A stretch of DNA of 64,000 nt from Bdellovibrionota bacterium. Lineage in GTDB: Bacteria > Bdellovibrionota_C > UBA2361. The first letter of the stretch is position 1; every line of letters starts with the position of its first letter. The stretch lies in assembly GCA_044352465.1 (NCBI GenBank), contig JBILDU010000002.1, positions 25,283 through 89,282 of the forward strand. The letters are read 5' to 3'. The notes under the pieces are model-generated. The model made no database searches. It was not told the DNA's origin and saw only the letters and a program-made list of their open reading frames with translations. Of the stretch, positions 1-10,165 are shown piece after piece. Both the position numbers and the translations under genes were made by a program.

Positions 1-282
1 GACGCGAAGAAGAGCGCTCCACTCGATGTGCGGGAGGGTGCTCTGCGGCCCGAGTCTAAGAAACTTTCTTACATGGAGCACCGGGAGCTCAAGGCTATCG
101 AGGGAAAGATAGAGGCGGCGGAGAAGAAGGTGGTTGAGCTTCAAGCGAGCCTCACACGAGCGGAGGTCGTCTCCGATGGGTTAAAGTTACAGGCGCAATG
201 TAAACTGCTCGCCGAGGCCCAAGCGGAGGTGGAGACGCTGTTTGGTCGGTGGGCCGAGCTTGATAGTCGATCGAAGAAGTGA
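1..282 (+). CDS. ABC-F family ATP-binding protein (Uup-like), C-terminal fragment; gene begins before the window
   Basis: Frame is open from base 1. KKLSYMEHRELKAIEGKIEAAE...LFGRWAEL matches the Uup-type C-terminal coiled-coil (KLSYKEQREL...RWEEL pattern). Confidence 0.8.
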   Translation, partial: DAKKSAPLDVREGALRPESKKLSYMEHRELKAIEGKIEAAEKKVVELQASLTRAEVVSDGLKLQAQCKLLAEAQAEVETLFGRWAELDSRSKK

Positions 283-557
283 ACCAAAAAAATAGTTCCC
301 TATCTACTCAGGGATTTCATCCCTTTCCCACCGCTGAGAGGGTGTAAGAGGGATCCAACCTGCCCGCCTCAAAAGGTTTGTTTAGGTCCGAGTGATGTGG
401 GTGAAAGATGAGCTACGAGAAACCCGGAGCTCGTGCTCATAATCGCTATGATTTGTCATCAGTTAGCAATAATTTCCGCCCCGAATCGTTACCTTTAGAG
501 TCCAACGAGACGACACACCTTAGCCGGTAAAGCCTGGGTATTTCGACGGTAGGTGGG

Positions 558-3383
558 GTGGTTTCCAATCTTTCGACACGGTCGTTTGTAGGACGATTTT
601 CGTGCGCGCTTCGATCGGCGGTGGTTTTCTTACAAGCTCTCTTCCTTCTCCTTTCCACGGTCTTTTGTGCTTCAGCTTTTTCGGATGATGAGTCGCGTCT
701 CTGCGAAAATAATGAGTTGTTGGTAGAGTTCTCTGCCCATGCGCTCGCCAGGACCTTAACGAGTGGGACTTTTCGGGAGCATCTCCGCGCGGAGGAATTC
801 GTGGGCTCGCGGAATGAGCGGATTGAGAAGGCTAAAAATTTTCTCTTAGATAACCTTGCGGCGGTTGATCTGTCGATGAATGAGGAGCTCAAGCTCGGTC
901 CAACCGTGGCGCTAGTTTCGGCCGAAGATGTCGGCGAAGCCAGCTCGCTCCACGAGCTTCGTCAGGTTGTCCGCCGAGATAACCGGGCGATACGTGATTT
1001 TGAGTGTAATAATCCGGTCGCTCTCTTTGCTCGACCCAACGACCCTTTCTACGACAACCTGTGGGGCGTGCAAGCGGTTCCGGGAATAGAGGCTGAGCGT
1101 CCGTGGGATAGCTCCACGGGAGATATCACACAGGCGGTCGCGGTGATCGATACCGGTATCGACTATACCCATCCTGACCTCGCGGCGAATATGTGGCGTA
1201 ATCCAAGAGAGGTTTCGGGTAACGGAATCGACGACGATCGAAATGGGTACATCGATGATATTCATGGTGCCGACCTGGTCAATATCGATGGAGATCCGCT
1301 GGACGACCATAGCCACGGTACCCACGTTGCGGGGACTATTGGGGCGGTCGGCAATAATAGGATCGGAATCGCCGGTGTTAATTGGCAAGCAAACCTTATC
1401 GGCGTCAAGGTGCTGAGCGCCTCGGGGCGGGGGTATGACTCGCAGATTCTCGCCGGGATCAACTACGTGATCGGACTTCGTCAGAGTGGGGTAAACGTCC
1501 GGGTTATCAATATGTCGCTGGGAGGACCGTATCCGAACTCGATGATCAAAGCCGCCATAGATCGTGCGGGCGAACTTGGGATCGTGGTCGTTGCTGCAGC
1601 CGGTAACAGCGCTCAAAATATCGATCGTTCGCCGAGTTATCCAGCCGCGTATTCGAGTCCGAATATTATATCGGTAGCCGCGATTACGGGGAGTGGAAGA
1701 CTTGCTTCATTCTCCAACTACGGTACGACAAACGTCGACGTGGCTGCTCCAGGGGTAAATATTTTTAGCACCGTCCTCAATGGCGGATACGAATGGTACA
1801 ACGGTACCTCGATGGCCGCTCCCCATGTTGCCGGTATGGCGACGTATCTTTTGGGGGTCAATCCGACTGTGTCGGTGGGCGATCTGGTCGCGACGATCGT
1901 GAACACCGGGGTGCCTCAGGCGAGTCTTACGGGGGTTGTCGGGTCGGGTAGGCTCGCCCATCTTCCGAACGCGGTCGAAGCTATTCGGAAAGTTGGACTC
2001 GCTATCAGTGGGCGGATTACTCGAAGTAGTACGCCGCTCAGCGGTGTCCCGGTCAGCGCAGGACCGTTCGGAGCTACAACGACCGATACTGACGGAGTAT
2101 ACCGCCTTTTGAACATTCCGAACGGTGCGGCGGTAACGATAACACCGACTTTAAGCTGCACCGTATTCACGCCACCGTCGATCACCCGCACGGTAGACGG
2201 TACACCAATTACCGATGCGAATTTTACCGCAGCCACGGCGCAATACCAGCTCGGTGGGCGGGTAGTCGACGGAGCGGGGCGCCCGATCACTGGAGCTACG
2301 GTCGCGGTGGCTCTCAACGCAGGAGCTCCCGCGCTGTTCACCTCAGGAAGTGATGGATCGTTCAGTGTCACGACGGCCTCGTGCGGTTCGAACTACACCG
2401 TGACCGTCTCCCGAGCGGGCTATGTTTTCCCGGCGGTGAGCGGTGCCTTGAACGGAACCGTATCCCTCACTCTCCAAGCTTACGACGGCAGTTTATACTC
2501 CATCTCGGGAGTTGTTCGGGACACCGCTGGAAGGGGGGTCGGTGGTGCGACGGTGGTAGCGACCTCACTGCGTGGCCTACCACCTTTCTCAACGCAGTCT
2601 GGGGCTGACGGGAGTTTCGTCATCAGCAACGTCTATTCGCCTGAGACCTATACCGTGTCGGCGGCTCGGTCGGGGTACCAATGCCTCAGCTCAGCTACCG
2701 TCGCGGTCAGTGGGGCGAATGTGGTGGCGCGTATTCCTGATTGCATTCCTCCGCCAACGCCAACACCGACCCCGACTCCGACGCCGACCCCGACACGTAC
2801 CCCGACCCCGACACCCACGAGTACTCCCACCCCGACACCAACGCCGACGCCTACCCCAACACCGACGCCAACGCCCCTCCCTTCGATGCAATTCGTGAGT
2901 GTGCGCTTTGAGGGGGCCGCCGGACCACTCGTTGGGGCACGCGTTGTCGCTGAATGGAGCTCACGTTACGGCAACGAGCGAGGGAGGACGAAGTTTACCG
3001 ATTCTCAGGGGCTGGTACGCTACGATAATGTACCGGATGGAGCGCAGTTCACTGTGACCGCTCAAAAGAGTGGCCACGAGTTCGAGCGTATTACCGCCAG
3101 CGTCAACGGACCTATTCTCGTCACGGTCCGTGGAGCAATCAAGACGTTCAAGCTTGCGGGGCGGGTATGGGATCGGTTTGGCCGAAATGGAGTTCCTGGG
3201 GTGACGGTCACCGACGGGAACGGTGGGACAACGGTGACGAATGCGGTGGGTGAATTTGAGTTGTTCGCCCCCTATAATTCGAGGTATCGACTCGAAGCCA
3301 CGAAGACGGGCGTTGGCTTTGGGAATATTCCCGAGGGGATGGTGTTAGGCACTGTCGATACAAATATTATGGCGATGCAGTAA
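558..3383 (+). CDS. Secreted S8 (subtilisin-like) serine peptidase with carboxypeptidase-regulatory-like beta repeats and a Pro/Thr linker
   Basis: Catalytic motifs AVIDTGID, DHSHGTHVAG and NGTSMAAPHVAG; NGIDDDRNGYIDDIHG insert; hydrophobic N-terminal signal; repeated ISG-V-D--G--V-GATV units; (PT)n tract. Start codon uncertain. Confidence 0.92.
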   Translation: MVSNLSTRSFVGRFSCALRSAVVFLQALFLLLSTVFCASAFSDDESRLCENNELLVEFSAHALARTLTSGTFREHLRAEEFVGSRNERIEKAKNFLLDNLAAVDLSMNEELKLGPTVALVSAEDVGEASSLHELRQVVRRDNRAIRDFECNNPVALFARPNDPFYDNLWGVQAVPGIEAERPWDSSTGDITQAVAVIDTGIDYTHPDLAANMWRNPREVSGNGIDDDRNGYIDDIHGADLVNIDGDPLDDHSHGTHVAGTIGAVGNNRIGIAGVNWQANLIGVKVLSASGRGYDSQILAGINYVIGLRQSGVNVRVINMSLGGPYPNSMIKAAIDRAGELGIVVVAAAGNSAQNIDRSPSYPAAYSSPNIISVAAITGSGRLASFSNYGTTNVDVAAPGVNIFSTVLNGGYEWYNGTSMAAPHVAGMATYLLGVNPTVSVGDLVATIVNTGVPQASLTGVVGSGRLAHLPNAVEAIRKVGLAISGRITRSSTPLSGVPVSAGPFGATTTDTDGVYRLLNIPNGAAVTITPTLSCTVFTPPSITRTVDGTPITDANFTAATAQYQLGGRVVDGAGRPITGATVAVALNAGAPALFTSGSDGSFSVTTASCGSNYTVTVSRAGYVFPAVSGALNGTVSLTLQAYDGSLYSISGVVRDTAGRGVGGATVVATSLRGLPPFSTQSGADGSFVISNVYSPETYTVSAARSGYQCLSSATVAVSGANVVARIPDCIPPPTPTPTPTPTPTPTRTPTPTPTSTPTPTPTPTPTPTPTPTPLPSMQFVSVRFEGAAGPLVGARVVAEWSSRYGNERGRTKFTDSQGLVRYDNVPDGAQFTVTAQKSGHEFERITASVNGPILVTVRGAIKTFKLAGRVWDRFGRNGVPGVTVTDGNGGTTVTNAVGEFELFAPYNSRYRLEATKTGVGFGNIPEGMVLGTVDTNIMAMQ
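2748..2880 (+). repeat. Low-complexity (Pro-Thr)n coding repeat within the S8 peptidase
   Basis: [30 protein letters not shown]... encoded by degenerate ccNacN hexamers. Confidence 0.9.
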
Positions 3384-3527
3384 AAAGAGATGGGCAGCAA
3401 GCGGCGTAGACAGCAGAGTGACGTGACTGAAGGGCCAGCTCATACCGTGCCCAGAGAGTTCGTTCATCTGAGCGACGCGGGGAATAGGGTCTTGAGGAGC
3501 ACCATTCGGGCTTGGGGCGAGTTAAAA

Positions 3528-6500
3528 ATGGGTCGGAGTACATTTTTAAAAGCGCTCCTTGTTCTCGCGGGTATGCTTTTCCCTTTAACGAGTTTCGGCG
3601 AGATCTACACCGTCCAAATCCGTGACATAACGGGTGCTCCGGTACCAAACGTGAGAGTCTTTGGAACAGCCGGGTTTAATAGCTTCCCGAACCGAATCAC
3701 CGATCGTGATGGGTTATTCGCTTTTGATAGCGATGATCTAAAGGCCCCTGCTCTCATCACATTCGCGAATGATTCGGCACGCCAACGATTTGACCCACCG
3801 GAGCTCGTTATCGGACCGGTTGGCTGTCCGGGTCGGAAATGTCTGGTAACCGCGCACGATGATCCTACGGGCACGACCGTGCTGACGTGGAACGTGCGCG
3901 GTTCAAACGGTAGAGGTGTACCGAATGTGCCGGTTACGGTCTCGAGTGCCGTATCGCCGTGCCAGACTCGATCGACTGATAGCGATGGCAACGTCGTTTT
4001 CGCGGTTTACCGAGCGCTCGGAACGTGTAACGACGGAAACACGACAACGAGCGATAATTTTACGACGATAACTGCGGAGAGTCCGAAGGGAGCGATCTAT
4101 TCATTTTCTGACCCAAAGGGGCCTCGCTTTACTCGATGTCTGACCTCGGTGGTTGACGGATTTTTTGTTGCGACCGGTCGTCAGGCTGCCTCGCTCCCCG
4201 TAACGAACGTTATCACGTATCGTATTTTTGCTCTGACCCCTCAGAATACGCCCCTTCAAGGAGTAACCTTTACCGGCCCGGAGCTCGGTAAGCTTCCAGT
4301 CTCACTGCGAACGACGGGAGCCACCGGCTTCTTCTCCGTTTCAACGACTCAGTTGGGGATCTCCTCGGGCGCGAGTTGGAGCTTGGCAGCGCAAACCGAC
4401 TATGACGTCTACCCGAAAGAGGTGACTATCAATCCTCAAGAGCGGGTGATGAACGATATTCGATTCACGGCCTTCTCTAATTTCCAGGGAAGCGGGGCGT
4501 TGGTCGTTGATGTGCGTGAGGGGGGTCTATCCCTCGGCGGCGTTAAAGTTGAATCCTCCGAATTGAATGCATGCGGGCAAGCTCGCACCACGAACTCTGA
4601 GGGAAGAGCCCTTCTTGCCTTTAAATCTCGATCGGCGTGTAACGATAACGATTTCGACCACCGAAACGATACCGTGTCGGTGACACCGCAGATGGCTGGA
4701 TGCGATTTTACCGAAAGTCATGCAACCCCTTTTCAGCGTTGCCCCAGTAGTGAAGCGGTGATGACGTTGCATGCGTATTGCCGCGAGCCAGCTCCGCAAC
4801 AACGTCTTATTAGCGGAAGCGTTTTCAATCTCGACACCGTCCCGCTCCCTAACGCATCGATTCTTCGAGATGGCGCGCTGGTCGCAACGACGGGGTCAAA
4901 CGGGAGTTACTTTTTATATGTTGATGAGTATAGCTCACCCAGCTTACGCGCGTCCGCCGGCACGCTTATGTTTGATCCACAGAGCGTCTCGATCGATCAG
5001 ATCGATCGGAATCACTCCGATGTGAACTTCGTTGCGGTCGGCCCCGCGCTTCAACCGAGCGCGACGCCAGCTCCGCCAACGTGTCCGGTTGCAGCTAACT
5101 ATGAGATCACCGGGCAAGTCACAGCGCTCGACGGCAAGCCGCTCGAGGGGGCGGTGGTGTCAGTGAACCATGAGCCTGAAACGAAGACCGATGCCAGGGG
5201 AAATTACACGGTCACGGTCCCGCGGGGGGCGGATGTCTGGGTAACGGTGGATTCGGATGGACGGCGTTTCGACCCAGCAGGGGCCTACTATCCGAATGTG
5301 ATGTGTAACCTTACCAATAATGTATTCGAAGTATCGGTCGAGAGTTTTCAGCTCGTTGGACGGGTGGTGAATTCTCTCTATGAGCCGATGCCGGACGTCG
5401 CAGTGACCCTCGAGCACGAGTCCACGAGGAAGATAACGTCGACCGATGAGCGGGGATATTTTCTTCTGACCGTTCCAGACGGAGCGAACTACGTCCTCAG
5501 AGCAAGCCTTCCTGGGCATGACTTTGTGCCCGCGGTTCATGCCGGTGAGGGGGAGGCGAACGAAACCGGGCTCGATTTCAGATCAATCGTTGAGCCAACT
5601 CCGCTCCCTGTTCCACCGACACCAATTCCGACGATTCCGCCACCCGTGAATACAAGACCAGCAAACCCGACGCCAGAAGCGACCCCCCGCCCGGTCGAGA
5701 CTTCGGTACCGACACCGTCTCCAGCTCCATCAACCCCCATGCCGACGGTAGCACCGACCTCGACTCCACGGGCAACGGTAGCTCCGGTGACACCGCCTCA
5801 AGCTCCGACGGTCGCCCCGACACCATCACCTTCGCCGCGGATTTCGGAGCCCACACCAGTACCTGCACCGGTAGTAACATACTCTCCGGTGCCGAGTTCA
5901 ACCGTAATCCCGACGGCGACGGTGATACCACCTTCAACTCCGACTGCCCCTCGTCCGGTGCCGTCGGCAACGCCGGGCTCGATACCGAGTGTGTCGCCAA
6001 CCGTTGCGCCAACCGCAACACCGACTCGGGTGACTCCGTCACCGTCCCCTGAGCCCACGACGGTTTCGACCGCGACTCCTCGCCCGAGTGCGACACCTGA
6101 CGAGCGGGGGAACTTAGAGCTAACGCTGGCAAGCATTTGTTCTTTTAATCCGGAGAAGTTCGCGCGGTGGTCGGTAACGAACGGCGGTTCGAGTGCGCTC
6201 ACACTCACCTGGGATCTCTACGGCTCCCTGCAGAGAGGTACCGTCGTTGCGGGGGTAGGCACGACCTTCTTTGAAACTAGCCGTGAGGAGGGTTCGAATA
6301 CTTTGCTGCTCTTTAGCGGCGGAGTCATGGTCGCAGTGGAAAGGGCGCAGTTTACCCCCTGTGTTGTAGCTCCCGCGCCGAGTCCCGGAGTTCCCGTAAA
6401 TCCGGAGCCGGGCCAGACACCTCCTCCGACCACACCGCCGAATGAGCCGGCCCCGATATCCCCAACGCCGAGCGTGGTGGCTCCTCCGCCCGAGGCTACG

Positions 6501-6893
6501 ACTATCCCGGAGGGTCCTACTCCGCTGCCTATCGTGGCCCCGGCAGAGCCGACCGTTGCGCCTACCCCAACCTCGACCCCCCGTCCGATGATAGAGATCC
6601 GGGGCGCGTTAACCGAAAAAGACGGTAGACGACTCTCCGTAAAGATGATGAGCCGACTTGAAAAGCTTGGCGAGGGAGCCATTAAGATAGTTGCGACTAA
6701 TCGGTCCACCGCGGAGCGATTCGAGGTCTCGCTCGAACGACCGTTTCGGTACACGCTCGAGGTGCCGATTGGTGAGTACCGCATTCGACTATTGGCACCG
6801 GCGCTGAAGACGCTTTCGCGGCGAAGTTATCGGCTTGACCTTGAATCTTCCAGACGGCACATGAACTTTGCCGTGAGAATCCAGGACAGATAA
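3528..6893 (+). CDS. Large exported protein with tandem carboxypeptidase-regulatory-like/Cna-B-like beta domains and long Pro/Thr-rich regions
   Basis: ORF 3390..6893; likely start ATG 3528 giving signal peptide MGRSTFLKALLVLAGMLFPLTSFG. Repeated G-V---G-PL-G-V...TD--G-Y motifs, Cys pairs and P/T/S-rich linkers. Confidence 0.8.
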   Translation: MGRSTFLKALLVLAGMLFPLTSFGEIYTVQIRDITGAPVPNVRVFGTAGFNSFPNRITDRDGLFAFDSDDLKAPALITFANDSARQRFDPPELVIGPVGCPGRKCLVTAHDDPTGTTVLTWNVRGSNGRGVPNVPVTVSSAVSPCQTRSTDSDGNVVFAVYRALGTCNDGNTTTSDNFTTITAESPKGAIYSFSDPKGPRFTRCLTSVVDGFFVATGRQAASLPVTNVITYRIFALTPQNTPLQGVTFTGPELGKLPVSLRTTGATGFFSVSTTQLGISSGASWSLAAQTDYDVYPKEVTINPQERVMNDIRFTAFSNFQGSGALVVDVREGGLSLGGVKVESSELNACGQARTTNSEGRALLAFKSRSACNDNDFDHRNDTVSVTPQMAGCDFTESHATPFQRCPSSEAVMTLHAYCREPAPQQRLISGSVFNLDTVPLPNASILRDGALVATTGSNGSYFLYVDEYSSPSLRASAGTLMFDPQSVSIDQIDRNHSDVNFVAVGPALQPSATPAPPTCPVAANYEITGQVTALDGKPLEGAVVSVNHEPETKTDARGNYTVTVPRGADVWVTVDSDGRRFDPAGAYYPNVMCNLTNNVFEVSVESFQLVGRVVNSLYEPMPDVAVTLEHESTRKITSTDERGYFLLTVPDGANYVLRASLPGHDFVPAVHAGEGEANETGLDFRSIVEPTPLPVPPTPIPTIPPPVNTRPANPTPEATPRPVETSVPTPSPAPSTPMPTVAPTSTPRATVAPVTPPQAPTVAPTPSPSPRISEPTPVPAPVVTYSPVPSSTVIPTATVIPPSTPTAPRPVPSATPGSIPSVSPTVAPTATPTRVTPSPSPEPTTVSTATPRPSATPDERGNLELTLASICSFNPEKFARWSVTNGGSSALTLTWDLYGSLQRGTVVAGVGTTFFETSREEGSNTLLLFSGGVMVAVERAQFTPCVVAPAPSPGVPVNPEPGQTPPPTTPPNEPAPISPTPSVVAPPPEATTIPEGPTPLPIVAPAEPTVAPTPTSTPRPMIEIRGALTEKDGRRLSVKMMSRLEKLGEGAIKIVATNRSTAERFEVSLERPFRYTLEVPIGEYRIRLLAPALKTLSRRSYRLDLESSRRHMNFAVRIQDR

Positions 6894-7035
6894 GCCACCG
6901 AATATCTCGGTTGAGAATTCGTGTACCCCCAACGATTATTCGTCGGAGCGGAGCGCGGTGTCGCGTTTCGGCACACCCCGGAAGGGTGGCGCACGCCCTC
7001 AAAGGAGCAATGGAAGTGAGATTACGAAGCGGCTA

Positions 7036-8529
7036 CTAAACGGGGAAATAGCCCTCAACGCGGATGTCGTGATCGGGGTGGAGTACACCGAGACGCTCAT
7101 CGAATCCGAATGAGAGCAGATGTTTTCCGTGTGGGTGGGTCGCGATGATCGCGCGCAGGGGGACCTTGCTCGCGTCATGACTCCATGCGGCGAAGGGGCC
7201 GAAGGTGATCTCGCCCAGTGCTCCCGACTTGCCGCGTTTGTCGAGATCGGCGGCGATGAGTTCACGGCAGGCGAAATCAAAGATCCCCTCACGCGGGCGC
7301 GAAACGAGCCGCTCAATCTCACTCGCCAGGACGCGCGGGTGCAGCAGCCACGCTTCCACCCGCGAGGCGTAACGAGGGCTCGGCGGGGCGCCAAACGTCG
7401 CCTTGAGGTTTGGCCAAAATCCCTCACACGGTAGCTCGTCCACATGGACAAGGAGCCCCCCGAGTTTACGCGATTGTACTATCGTGTCGCCGTGCGGGCC
7501 GGGGATAATGCGGAGTCCGTAGCGGTCCTCGATGGTGGTGAAGATATGGTAATGCCGGGACTCGTCGGCGGCGAGCGCCGCTCCGTGGACGTCGATCCGC
7601 CAGGTCTTTTCCCAGACTGCTTTAAATGATTCGCGCAGAGTCGCTTCGACGTGGGCGATCAGAGCTGGAGCAAGAGCTTGTCGCTCCACGACGGTGTAGT
7701 CGTAGCGGAGATGGTTGCGTTTAAAGCTCTCACCGAGGTCGATCGAGCGGTGGGCACCCCGGTGAGTAGGCGTGACAATAGACTGAAGGGGGATGAAGAA
7801 TTCGACTTCGTGAAGGAGTCCTCCGCCGGGGTTCACGATCTTGGCAGCGTAGTGTCGGCCCCGGTCATCAGCTAAAAGGAGGACTAATCCGTCGTCGGGG
7901 CTATCATCCGCCACGGTGGCATGGGTGAACCGAATCGTTGGCGATATCTCTCGCCGAGCGAAGCGGGTGAGGAGTTCTCCGACGAGCGAATCAGAGTCCC
8001 CGTTGTGAAAGCGGATCGCTTCGCGCCGCATCAGCCGGGGGAGTAGGACAGGCGTCGCCTCAACAAGAAAGTTCGAGTCGCGTGGAGTGATATCAAAGAG
8101 GATTCCGCAAAAGGTATCTTCTTCGAATCGCCGAGCGTTCGCGAGGAGTGGACCTGGATCTAGTTTGAGTATGTCGTCGGGGCGCGGGAGAAGAAGCTCT
8201 CCTGTTGTTCGCTCGCGAACCGAAGCGAGGAATAGATCTCTGCCTGAGGTAAGGCACGTTGCGACGATTTCCACATCGATTTCGCCCCGAGGTCGATCTT
8301 CCGGCTCGAATAGGTTGCTCAGAAACTCTGAGTAGCGCTGGCGTGTCGTGGAGAGATCGGAGCTGTCATGGGGGAGATTCGAAAGGGCGATGTGAGCGAA
8401 AAAACGAGCCTCGGCTTCAGCGCGGGGGGTAAGTCTCGCCGCCGAAGGTGGGTACGCGAGCGCGCCGAGATCAAAAGCCCCGTCAGAGGGATCTCGGTCG
8501 CTCGGTCCAAAATGGTGTGACATCGCCAT
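7036..8529 (-). CDS. Hypothetical protein (497 aa, no recognised domain)
   Basis: Long ORF with globular-protein composition; TATAGT 6 nt upstream of the ATG. Confidence 0.7.
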   Translation of the reverse strand: MAMSHHFGPSDRDPSDGAFDLGALAYPPSAARLTPRAEAEARFFAHIALSNLPHDSSDLSTTRQRYSEFLSNLFEPEDRPRGEIDVEIVATCLTSGRDLFLASVRERTTGELLLPRPDDILKLDPGPLLANARRFEEDTFCGILFDITPRDSNFLVEATPVLLPRLMRREAIRFHNGDSDSLVGELLTRFARREISPTIRFTHATVADDSPDDGLVLLLADDRGRHYAAKIVNPGGGLLHEVEFFIPLQSIVTPTHRGAHRSIDLGESFKRNHLRYDYTVVERQALAPALIAHVEATLRESFKAVWEKTWRIDVHGAALAADESRHYHIFTTIEDRYGLRIIPGPHGDTIVQSRKLGGLLVHVDELPCEGFWPNLKATFGAPPSPRYASRVEAWLLHPRVLASEIERLVSRPREGIFDFACRELIAADLDKRGKSGALGEITFGPFAAWSHDASKVPLRAIIATHPHGKHLLSFGFDERLGVLHPDHDIRVEGYFPV

Positions 8530-8699
8530 AGGGAGACTATACCTGATTCAGGCCGAAAGGCACCGATTCGTGGGACGGTGTTTTTCGAAAAAGGAGGTAT
8601 CCAGGCGAGCTCCGCGACTTGGTGGGTGGTGGGAGCCTCTGCGGTAGCTGATGATGAAGTCCGCTGGTAGACGCCGCATGCGCCGACTGTGGGGTTGGG

Positions 8700-8795
8700 C
8701 TATAGCGGGCTTAGATCTCCCAAGATGAGGAGGTAAAGAAGCGCCGCTATATCGCTACAGAACACAAAAAAAGCGATGAAGAGCACCTTGGTCAT
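8700..8795 (-). CDS. Candidate 31-aa hydrophobic small membrane protein
   Basis: MTKVLFIAFFVFCSDIAALLYLLILGDLSPL*; AGAGGT SD-like sequence 5 nt before the ATG; below the ORF-track length cutoff. Confidence 0.45.
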   Translation of the reverse strand: MTKVLFIAFFVFCSDIAALLYLLILGDLSPL

Positions 8796-9088
8796 GCCAC
8801 ACCTCTTCTGGGGGTATCGGAGGGGAAAGGGGGGCGCTTCACAAAATGGCTCTCTTTCAGCTCCCGCATTGGTGCTTCGAGTGTAAGTATTTAGATTTCA
8901 ATATTTTCTTCGGCGGCTTGTTAGCTTCAAGTTAAGCGGGGGTGCCCCAAAACTCCGGGAAAAAAGGGTCGAGTGGGGGGACTTCTGACCCGGTGAAAGT
9001 CAGGTAAATTTATAAAAATGTTGCTTTTTTGGGGTATTTCACGTTAACTCTCCCGTGTTCGCCGTTTGTATAACTTCAGGAGTCTTTT

Positions 9089-9400
9089 GTGAACATCTAT
9101 GTAGGAAACCTGCCCTACGGGGTTTCAGAGGGGGACCTTCGGTCGCTCTTCGAGCAGTTTGGTGCCGTCACCTCAGCAACTATTATTAAGGACAAATTCA
9201 CCGGAGACTCGAAGGGTTTCGGTTTTGTCGAGATGAGCGATGCCGATGCGCAAGCTGCGATCGATAATCTGAACGGAACTGAGTTCAAAGGCCGTTCTCT
9301 CACCGTGAACCAGGCTCGTCCGAAGACGGACGGACCGGGTGGTGGTGGTCCTCGCCGGGGAGGCCCCGGTGGCGGACAAGGTGGTGGTCGCCGTTTCTAG
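9089..9400 (+). CDS. RRM-domain RNA-binding protein with Gly-rich tail
   Basis: RNP2 IYVGNL, RNP1 KGFGFVEM, GGGPRRGG tail; AGGAG SD before the GTG start. Confidence 0.95.
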   Translation: MNIYVGNLPYGVSEGDLRSLFEQFGAVTSATIIKDKFTGDSKGFGFVEMSDADAQAAIDNLNGTEFKGRSLTVNQARPKTDGPGGGGPRRGGPGGGQGGGRRF

Positions 9401-9415
9401 CTCCACCGCTCCGAT

Positions 9416-9448
9416 AAAAAGAGGCTCCCCAGGGAGCCTCTTTTTTTT
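9416..9448. terminator. Rho-independent terminator (bidirectional form)
   Basis: AAAAA-GAGGCTCCC-CA-GGGAGCCTC-TTTTTTTT directly after the RRM gene. Confidence 0.9.
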
Positions 9449-9608
9449 GTTTCCTCTGTTGGCGGGGGTATGAAAAAAAGGTCTGATTTTTGACAAGAAG
9501 TGGTTTTAAGAATGGGCGCCGGCCCATCTTTGAATCGTGCCATCCCCGGTGCGGCTTGAAGTGGTTTTTGAGCTACCCTCAAGTGTGCTAGCGTTGCTTA
9601 CTTTCAGC

Positions 9609-10130
9609 ATGATTATCAATCCACTCCCACCAACTGCTCACCGAAGCGCCCGACCGGAAGATGTCGTGATCGATACGGTCGTGGTCCATTCGATGGCTCA
9701 TCCCGAGGCTCCGACCCCTGAGGAGCTCATGAGTTGTGTGGAGAGGTTGAGCGATTACGCAGTATCCGCCCACTATTTTATCGAGCGGTCGGGAGGGGTT
9801 TGGTGCTTGGTGCCTCCCGAGGAGTGTGCGTGGCATGCTGGAGTCAGTCGGATGCCCTCGCCTGATCAGCGCGAGCGCTTAAACGATTTCAGCATCGGCA
9901 TCGAATTGATCGCCTTACCGGAGAACGCCTTCACGGACGCCCAATATCGAGCGCTGGGGGAGCTCCTCTTTGAACTCTACAACCGATTTCCGATTCGTTT
10001 CGTGGTAGCGCATAGCGATGTAGCGATGCCGCCCGGGAGAAAGACCGATCCCGGGGGGCTATTTTCCTGGGAGCGGGTAATCGCGGAGGTCTCACCACTT
10101 GCCCCGCAGCTCACCTTCCCAGGACGATGA
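9609..10130 (+). CDS. ampD: N-acetylmuramoyl-L-alanine amidase, AmpD-like (Amidase_2)
   Basis: VVVHS, VSAHYFI, AWHAGVS, NDFSIGIEL, HSDVA..RKTDPG motifs; ORF 9537..10130, likely start ATG 9609. Confidence 0.88.
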   Translation: MIINPLPPTAHRSARPEDVVIDTVVVHSMAHPEAPTPEELMSCVERLSDYAVSAHYFIERSGGVWCLVPPEECAWHAGVSRMPSPDQRERLNDFSIGIELIALPENAFTDAQYRALGELLFELYNRFPIRFVVAHSDVAMPPGRKTDPGGLFSWERVIAEVSPLAPQLTFPGR

Positions 10131-10165
10131 TTCGGATGACGGTTGGGGATAGTTCGTCGCCTCAG

